Shown piece after piece: positions 54,291-64,000 of a stretch of DNA of 64,000 bases. Source of the stretch: Catajapyx aquilonaris (Eukaryota); contig JYFJ02001417.1 in the NCBI GenBank assembly GCA_000934665.2, forward strand, positions 1-64,000, written 5' to 3'. Within the stretch, counting starts at the first letter, position 1. Every line of letters starts with the position of its first letter. Under the pieces are notes generated by a model. The model was not told the DNA's origin. It saw only the letters and a program-made list of their open reading frames with translations, and made no database searches. The translations under genes and the position numbers were made by a program.

Positions 54291-57200
54291 ACAAAGCGGG
54301 ACTCGAACATGGCGAATCTTCCTCTGCACGTCACCAACCCTAGAGTATAGAGCCTCGAGTATAATAAATGACATATAATTCAGCATATGTTCAATATTTA
54401 GACATTGCGTAAAAAACCCTGGACAAGCAGTAAGCATAACTTCCGGAGGCCAGAACCTCGAAAAGAAGCCGAGTTGTCCTGTCATCCATTTGAAAAGCGG
54501 TACCACAACATCATGAGCAAGATATGGCATCAGAGACGTTGGGTACATAAGAAACGTGTCGCGTGTCAAAAGTGACAAATATCGCATGTGTCAAATGTGT
54601 GTGGTACCATTACCAGAGAGCGACCATTCAGACCACCTTGGAATCCAAATGAGCGTCGGATTCAGCTACGAAGACGATTAAATTGCTATTACTTTCGAAG
54701 TGCACATCTGTACTGACATATTTATTGCACTAATTAAGAGTGTTTGGGTAAATATCTCAAATGTCAACAGTGGTCATATCCGAAAGCGTATGAACATTCA
54801 GGATGTCCTTGCACGATCCAGAAGGAGAAGGACTTGCACATGGCGACACATGGCTTGTCGTCATGTCAATAAGTCACCTCTAGACCTTTCATCACAGGCC
54901 TATCAAGCAAATAAGGCGTATCAAGCAATAATAAATATAGCCAAAATAAAATCCCAGCCTAGGTCCTACAGTGTTATACGTATACAACCTGAGCAATTGA
55001 CGTGAACATACAATTACATACCTGGGCAATAAACTATCTATCGTGAGATGGCCTCAACCCTCTAAACGATTGCGATCACAGACACTGACGCGCGATTAGC
55101 AAAACTTACTAATGTCAGATAATGAAGAGAAAACGTGCCTCAAGAGGCTGAATATTTCCCGAAGCCCGAAGCATTTACACGGGATAATAGGGAAAACACA
55201 ACATATCTTGTCTTATCAGGTGAGACGATCAATGCTACAAAAACTCAGCATAGAATACTCCCTGCTTTTCAAGTATTCATTGTAGGTTGGGAAACTGGCA
55301 TCACCGGAAAGATGACATTAAAAAACCTGCGCAGTTCGAGTATTATGTTGCAATTTCACAGACAATTAATTGACATCAGCACGACACCATGAGATGCTTG
55401 TAACCTTTGATTGCAAGTTGATGATAATGAACCAGATTTTGCAATTGGAAAGAACAACGAGTGTACAAACAAGAAGCCGACCACAATGTCAGCTTTTTGT
55501 TTTTGCTTACTTGTGGTTCAAAATAAGGCTGTTTAGTCATCATGAAATACATACACTCAACCACATTATTGGACGGTTAGCTGGATAAGTTGATAGCATG
55601 ACAAAGAATAGGATGCCTACGAAAAAAAAAATCCACACAGGCAGTACGATATTACTAATGATTGCCCTTGGAGGATGACTTAATGATCCACACGATTCAG
55701 CTTCGATGAATAAATCAACTGCAGACATCATTTACATTCTCCCGGGGGATGCTGGAGTTTATGGAGTTTATGCTGGAGATTATGAAGTGACGCGACGGTG
55801 CGGCGGTGTGCATTCGAGCAGGAAGAAGGTTTGTCGGATGTTACATATTATGCAATTCGATGGGTTGAAAGGCTCCGTCTGAAAGATAAATTAGATATGA
55901 TCTGGCCTCCGACTAGTATTTTGCACTATTACATCTACAGTGAAATTATTACCATAGAATGGACACGTCATGATGAGCACTTATATTTATTTGTAGTATT
56001 TATATCCAATCGGCCAATCGGGAAGAGAGATCGGAACGTTCCATCACAAGAGCCATGGTGGAACCTCACCTGCAGGACAACAAGAGAGAAGCTAATGGAT
56101 TCCACTTCATGAATAATAATTGGCAAACTACGCCAACAAAAAGGCGATGACATAGCCTATGAGACATGCAAAAAAAAGAAGCTGGCGATGCATTTGCCAC
56201 CATAAGCTACCACCTGACTACATCGAGGATGATTATCAATTTAAAACTGTTCAACCGGACTTGGAAGAGATTTTCCCTCTGTGGTCTCACCTCACCCAGT
56301 CATCCCAGCAGGAGCATCTACTACACATGGAGCTGATCAGTAATAATTGACAACAAGTACTAAGTTATAGCCAGGAGAGCAATGAAAGTAACATGTGATC
56401 GCTGCATGCTACACACCAATGTGTAAAAGAAATAAACCTGAGCACAAAAAATATTTTGGTAAAAAATGCATCACTGACAAGGCAAGAAATATTCCATGTA
56501 TTCGAAGTCACAAAATCTTTAAAATGAACATAATCCGGTTTGAACGAAAAGACTCTTGAAACATAGCTCCAGTTAAGTGAGAATTTCCCGCGTGAATGCT
56601 ACACTCGCTATGACGTCCAGTATCATCATAAACTGTGTTACGTTGTGCAGACTGTGCCAACTCAAGCAAGACAACTTTGATATCAAACAACGGGACAAAG
56701 TCAAGTGAAAGTTTCGCTTTGAGAGTACCACGTAATTCGAGATCCAAAAATAGAACTGTAGGAGGTCAGTGAGCTGGTGTAAAGGCCACGGCCACACAAA
56801 CACCTCTGGTAACAATATATTATTGCCATTTCAGGCGACCAATAACTTGAACCAGATTGAAGTAGCCTAACAGCTGGACTGTGGTTGCTCATGACTTCCA
56901 ACGTTTGTTTGCGTGAGTTCAATGTATGTAATGGTTTATTCATTGCATTCTAGATATACATGCCATGGTATTCTGAGTGAACCAGGTTAAACCTTGGATC
57001 AATCTCGGTTGCCATAATATTGCAGGAAAGTACTAATGAGCTGATAAATTGAAAATGTATCCAGACGACAAATTATTGTATGACTTGTATGTATTGAGTA
57101 ATGCAGTACATTTCAGCCTTACATTTGATATAATCCAAGAACTGTGAAGAAAAAGTGGGTGGATAGAATGGCTATTAATGGGAAATATAAGGAGGCCATT

Positions 57201-58659
57201 CTGAATGATACTGAATAATAACATTCAGGAGATGCTACCAAAAAGGTACACCGGCCTCCGACCCTGCCAGCTCCTCAACAGCTTCTCCATCACGGCGAGG
57301 CGAAGCTTCAAATAGAAAATCTACAAGGTAAATGATCCCAAACACTTTACACACTGCGTGATTGCATGTTCGCAACTTCACTCGTCTTTTCAATATATAT
57401 ATTTACAATACATTTAACATGTGATCGATATTCCGTCGAGATACCGAATCGGTACATATTTGAAAACTACACTTCGATTGCAAAAATACGAAGGAAACTT
57501 TTCACTTCATCTACAGGTACGACGGGGAGGAAATGAACTGGTGCAAGTCACTTTTCAGGAGTACCATCTGTACGACAGGACACGGCCCCGGTGGGGAAGA
57601 GTATAAATGGTCACTGCTCTACTAACAAGTACAGCACCACCTGATACACCAACTGCAATGCACAACATTCCCCGACGAAATGAATGACCCACAACTCTGT
57701 TCTGCGTTACTGAATCAGTGCCCCAGACATATTCATTATCCACACCATGACGCGAATGATTCGGTCAGAACTCGACAGTATGGAGGAGAAGTGCTCATAT
57801 GACAACGGAATATTTTTCAGGCGAAGAGAGCTCAGTGAAGCGCAGGGCGGAAAAGAAGTCGGAAACATGAGAATGTCTCTCATCAAAAAAACAGATGTCG
57901 CATTTGTTCAAAACAGTCATGTAATTGTTTCACATACGTGTACCTGGATACAAAGAAAAGACACAGCCCAAGCTGCAGACAACAACCCGTGTGCCCGTCT
58001 CCGTCGAGTCGAGGGGCCAGAAGAGAACCAGGCGCTGGGAGTGTGTGCCGAACCTACCGAAGGTACGATCAACGCAAGCTACATTTATCTCGTTATCAGT
58101 CTGAATCAATATAATTTACCATCGCGCCAATAAATTATCTGACCCTGGGTAGACGGGTATCAGGCAGTCTAAAGTAAAAGTGAAGCATACGGAATCAAAG
58201 TTTTTACCATGGAAATAGCCCGAACAGCTCATGATGTCAAATTGTCAAAAGGAACCAAGGAGACATCAAAATGCAACCCTGTGCAGATATCCTTCAATGG
58301 CACACCGCTCCTCACTGCAAATGTGCATCTGAAGTACTCCTTCATAAAGCAGGGTTATGGTTTTCCCCAATAATTAATTGGTCCATTCTGGACGATTAGT
58401 AACTCGCGGAAAAAGCACCATATTGTTCCATACAAATACAATTTTGTCTACCTAACAAACACAATTTTGTCTACCTAACAAACACATTGATGATGATTAA
58501 TAACAGTAAAGTAGTCACAGGACCTAGTCTACTTGTGATATTAAAAAGGGACTCTCAGACTCTAGCATTCACCGAGTAAGGACATGAAGGAATCTAGCTC
58601 CGTGCTTATCGCCACTAGTGGGATAAGAGGGGAAAGTCGCCGACCTAAACCTAGGCGAC

Positions 58660-59738
58660 CTGAAGAATTGGAAATGGAAGGACGTAGTATGAGATGTGGG
58701 AGTGTCAACAGAGAATCTGCCAAAATCCAGTAACGAATGACATGGAAAGCCTTTACTCCCAGATTTGTGATGAAGATCTGGAAGGCCTGGTTGCTGATAT
58801 CCTCGCCCATGAAGGCGGTAATGATATGCCAACATACCAAGTATGTGGAAAGTACTCGTGGAAGATGTTTGCATAATGTAAAGGTATCTCAAAAACTGAG
58901 ATTTTTGTCTGTTCTTCTGGAATCAGTTACTTGTTACATTTCAGTTTTATCAAGACTGTTGGTGTAATTAACATCTGCAGCACACTTTCCCAGCACATAT
59001 GGTCTCAGTAACGATAGTGAACTATATTTCAGTGAAGATGTAGGGTAATGCAATTAAGTCTTACATACTGTATCTCCACTAATTTCGCATTAAGAACATT
59101 TAGGAAATTAGGTGTGCAATCGAGAAATCCCTCACTCTTTTGTAATATAAACCCCTACATACATAGAAAAATATATGGTATGTTCCCATACGAGTGGGGG
59201 ATGGCTCATCCTAAACCCACTTAATCCTGATTAAAGAAATTGGTGAACGGAGGCTGAAGGGTTCTCTTCTGAGGGCATCTTGTTCAGGTCGCATGTATTC
59301 GAATGACTCCGCACTATCTCCGGCCAGAGAGATGCCCCAATGCTTGTGCAATGCCATGTGTACACCATTGGGTACCAGCCGCTAACAGCTTGTGGTAGGT
59401 TAATGAAATGCATAAATGATAATAATGCATTTCACAAGATATTGAATGAGACATTAACGGATCATTTACATTACAGGCACATAGATGGCAATCACAAATT
59501 GATTCATTGGCACTTTGTCATTCATGGTGGTAACACAGTTCAGTATTTTTGAAGTGTGGCCAAGGCCACTGAAGGTAGACATCAAAGTGTCTTGGATTTC
59601 CTTAGGTGTGATGCTGGTGTGGAAAACAGAGATGTGGCGGAATACGTGGTGAATTTAAAGTTCACACGAAGTAACAGCGTGGTAGTTGGTAGCAGTAAGC
59701 ACAACCAGCGCATTGAACGTCTTTGGCGCGTGATCTAA
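58660..59738 (+). mobile_element. IS3EU-like transposase remnants (N-terminal 58660-58810; integrase core 59478-59738)
   Basis: YSQICDEDLEGLVADIL, HIDGNHKLIHWHFVIHGG, LRCDAGVENRDVAEY...GSSKHNQRIERLWR. Confidence 0.9.
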
Positions 59739-62484
59739 AACCCTTGCTATACCTCTACATAACACTATTCTTCAACTTGGAATCAGAATCTTTGCTAGAT
59801 CCCCATAAATAGAATAACTGCAGCCATGACTGCCCATAATGCTAATCTTACTTATTACTGACTGCAAACAAATCATGTATTGTACCTGCCTGAAGAAGGG
59901 TCTTTTTATATGACAAGACGTTCCGACTGCAAGGTAGTGCCATAGTGTTAGATCGAGATGATCCATTCACCAGTGCATTTTGGCGCAAGGTTTATGGCGA
60001 ATATATTGGGGACAACAACTCTCCTATGACAGCCAGGACGTCGAGGAGCTGTTTAAGAAGATACCACGACAATCAGAGATATATGTCTCCAGCAGTGGAA
60101 TTCCCCTACAGTAATTCAGTAAGTACCACGACTCATATTTTATCGTTTTAAGCAATGTTGTAAGGAGGGACAAACAAAGGATGCAGAATAAACTACGCCA
60201 GGTCCAGTTTCGGCAAAAGGGCCAGTTTGATAAACGTCACAATAGCCTCCGTTCCGTAAGGGACAAGTAGTGTTAATTATTGTTAGGCTAACGTGAAGAC
60301 AACAGGTCAAAGCATGCCACGACGATTCAGGTGAAACCATAAGGTGAAGCATGGGTCAGAAAAAAGTATGTATCCAGTATGTTTGTTTGCTTGAAGGTGC
60401 CAATTAAAGTCTAAATACATTTGAATTATATACATTCATTTTATGCATTGTATAATTGGTATAAAGTTCTTCCAAAATTAATATTAAGAACAGCCTTTCA
60501 AAATGTCTTGGAACTGCACATGTAAAGGAAATGCATTTTTTCTACATATTGGGTTTTCTTCCTAGATATCTGGGAGGTGGAGCATCAATGTACGATCTAC
60601 ATGTACTGTACAGTACAGGATTGGCCATTCCACCATAACTTTGATCGTCCGTGAAGTATGCAGTGCAATTTGGAATGTGATGAAATCCCAGTGTTTCCCA
60701 GAGTTTTAAACCTCTGAATTTTGGGCATGGGACAGTAAGTATTAACCTTTGTCGGAATATTAATGAAGAGATCTCGCAGGCGGGAGCTAAGCCGAGAGGA
60801 TGACATTCCTCTCACACACTTGGGCTTGTTGAGGTTTGCATGATCATCCTTATCGGCTAGAGTAGGAGATCCCGCAAGATTAATTAAGGAGGCCGCATCA
60901 TTATGAAAAGAAATCTAAATAAAAATGCAGAAGGACAATGACCAGGAATGAAATGAGTAGGACGATGAATTTCACACCATTTTCCACTCATATTAACATA
61001 TCAGTTTTTACATGTAAGACATCTCCACGAGTGAGGACCTGACGAAGGAGGATATTTTATTACGCCTGATGGCGTATCCAGGTGAAACACGCTACAGAGA
61101 CTGGAAGAGACTGATGCAACTGACACCACAATCAGACACCGACTGAGATCTGTAAAAGTCCGTCAAATTTGGCAGCAAGACGCCAACACTGTTTCTGACA
61201 CCAGAAACAGCTTACCCAAGAAAAATGAAATACAGATGAAGCTCTTTAGAGAGATAGACCCAAAGACAGATGTTTATACGTAACCTGCATAATTATGTGT
61301 GTGTGAATTACATTTTTCAGAAGGGTACAATTTATTCCACAAGAGACTAATTATATTTATCTTCAACGCGCACAAATTAACTGCACGACTTATTGCCAAA
61401 ATTATGGTTATGATGCACCATACACCTCTATGATGACCTTCGCTTACTCAGATTCGGACTACTGTAGCCTTAGCACTCCCCCGAAGAAAGTCAAGAATAC
61501 GCCAGAGAAGGATTCGTGATGTCCTGTTACTCATACCTGCATTGTGAGTGGGAACCGGAGGAAACTAAACAGCTCAGCCCAGCTTGGCTCCATTCCGGAT
61601 GAAAAAAGCTGCAATATATAGACGGTTATTTATTACGCAGTGCAACCAACGCAATGATTTAGAAAAAAAATATTCCCGGGTTGTAGCCCGCTTTTTGCGG
61701 TAAACTCATTGCCAGAGGGGGAGATGGTGGTTGCACTCTCGTTTTTGCTTTGGTCATTGCCGTTGTGCAAGACTGCAGGACTGGGCAGCAAAAAGACGGC
61801 TTTGGCTGATCACATCCCGAAAATACGTAAAAGCATCGGGCCTATACGTATGAGAAGAGTGACCTCGAGTATGTAATTAATCACGCAACGTTAATCCAGT
61901 ACATGAATGGAACTGCGTGGTATTCACCCGATGAAGACACCGAAAACGTCCTGAGGACGAAAGGTTGTAACAAGAGTGCAGGAAATGATGAGGACCACCA
62001 ATGGGCCTTCCTTGATTTCGATCCTGATTAGGATCATCACTGGTCCCAAAGAGGTAAAATGTGACCAACACATCGTAGATAAATACGAAAGCAGCCAAAT
62101 CTATGCACTACGTGCTGGGATCTTCACTAAAAGATTCTCGCTTACTTATCTTCAAAGAGCGACGGAAGTGGAACATATCCACTCGAACATGCCCAACCAA
62201 TAAACATTGATATCTTCATCCAACCAGTAGTTACGAATTTGCTTGTAGACTTTCGAAGTTTGTACCACTTTCTTCACGTAAAATTCACTGGATGCAGTGA
62301 AAATTGAGCAATCATCAATGGTGTTAAATGGTCAACTGACTGCGAGTAATAAAAATTTCTACCAAAAAAGCCAAACCAAGACGGAAACTATTGGTCACCT
62401 TTATTGATTGAAACTCACTTTCTTTCCACGATGTGTCACTAAGATTTACCTCTGTTAATTAATCGAGGCTACTGCAACTCCGCT

Positions 62485-62655
62485 ACACAACGGAAGACGC
62501 TATGAAAGTGATTGAAACCTCTGCCGAAGTGCGCCTGGAAGGCCTTTAGACGTATCACTACTACACGGTTGGTGCATAGCTTACCAGAAGAGACTTCAGT
62601 ATGGGTGTGCATGGGGAAGACCTACTCACTGATGTCAAAGTATTACTTCGACGGT
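62485..62655 (+). pseudogene. LINE reverse transcriptase remnant
   Basis: TTEDAM and KAFRRI...LVHSL resemble STxDA...KAFDxV...LxxxL. Confidence 0.4.
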
Positions 62656-64000
62656 AGCATTGTTCTACTGCCCATGTTTCATTATACTAGTAAGTAATGC
62701 CCCCTATTGCTCATGACTATTAATCAGACTAGTCAACTTGACAAGGCAGCAATACGTAACATGGAGGGTGTTGCTATTGGCTCCACTCGCCGGCGGTGGG
62801 GACAAGAGAGAAGGATCAATAGGGCGACCAAGGGTGGAAGTTTGAGTTGTCTAGTGTAAGTAAACGCCATAAGGAGGCCATTCTGAATGATACTGAAGAT
62901 TAAAATTCATGTTGCAGGAGTACAGTCGCCCAAGGAAGTACCTCGACAACGCCCTTAAAATTCTGACTTCCTGTTTTCTTTTTGTTTCTGTTGTCGATTT
63001 AAGATGTTTGTGAGTGTAAATGTTGCGTTATTTATGCTTGCAATTATGCTAGGGAATAGGACTGGTGATTGACAGCTGACATTTCCTTACAACTGCACAA
63101 CTCATTATGTCTTATTAATCAGTAATCTAAGGCAACTGTCACCGCCACTAATGTGGCTACATTGCCAGCACTATTGCCTCGCCTTCGGACTCAAGTGCGT
63201 GAGGGGGAAATGCACATTTTATCAATATAGCCCCAAAATGAGTTATCTTCCTTTGGCCAGAGTCTTATCAGGTTGCATGCCCGGGGTTGGAAGGTCAATG
63301 CCACCTGCCTCCAATACACCCAAGTCGCCGGTCTTATCTGTACTTTTTTTTCACCTCCCCCAGCTTCCCAATCCCCCTCCCCACCCCCCTACACCTGAAC
63401 CGCTCACACTGTTAAAATTTCACCCTGATTTTGTGGTGTGTCGCATACCCTACAGGATGAGTGGGATTTTCGAGGTGTAAAGATACTTCCTTGGGCGACT
63501 GTACAAGTACTCCACGAAGAAGGCATCGTGAAAAAGCCAAGAACAACGGTGACACCGGCATCCGACCCTGCAGACTCCTCAACTGACTCTCCATCACGGT
63601 GGAGCTCCATATATAGAAAATCAAGGTAAATGATCCAAACAGATTACCAGTTGCTTCTACCACGTAAACGTTGCCGTTAAATAGAACTTGGTTTTTTGTC
63701 ATTCGGGAATTTTTCCCTTGTTGACTGAGTTATTTTTTGTTCTGTATGCCACAATATTTTCCTGGTCATTCTTGTCTCTTGCGAAAAATCCTGCGATATT
63801 GTTATATTCGACCATTTCAACCAGCGCAGCGAGCATTGGTAAATATCAATGAACGATCACCTGTTTGGGGTATTTTTGCTATGATAGGCGGATTTGTACT
63901 CATTCCCAAAATATGTGCTCGGTCGATAGTACATAAAATCAGCTTATATAAAATGGACATGAACATTGGGAATGTAATAAAATGGGAACGTCCGTGCACA

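Noticed and set aside
57765..57830. Mariner DEKW...YDN motif (EEKCSYDN)
   Set aside because: Single weak motif without flanking support.
1..64000. Enrichment of TACAGTA/TACTGTA Tc1 excision footprints and TAGGCCTA words
   Set aside because: They recur, but my rough count of TACAGTA/TACTGTA is near chance for AT-rich DNA and I did not test TAGGCCTA. A k-mer test is needed.
1..64000. Endogenous viral elements or a prokaryotic operon
   Set aside because: I recognised no viral polymerase, capsid or bacterial gene motifs, and there is no long ORF. Diverged viral pieces cannot be excluded without a search.

Overview
AT-rich eukaryotic (invertebrate-like) DNA with no intact protein-coding gene, rRNA, tRNA or CRISPR-cas locus that I can support. 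The window is a dense mosaic of short (about 50-600 bp) decayed transposable-element (TE) fragments, identified by eye from protein motifs. Families include hAT (Charlie, Ac-like and Tip100-like), Tc1/mariner, piggyBac, PIF-Harbinger/ISL2EU, IS3EU, Helitron, Penelope, RTE/CR1/I-type LINEs, Gypsy and Copia, plus a forkhead-domain fragment. Nearly all recognisable coding fragments lie on the + strand, and the internal duplications I traced are all direct. This resembles a uni-strand, flamenco-like piRNA cluster transcribed from the - strand (inference only). A 3.6-kb nested fold-back element and several MITEs are also present. Family calls rest on remembered motifs, no database search was run, and fragment boundaries are approximate.
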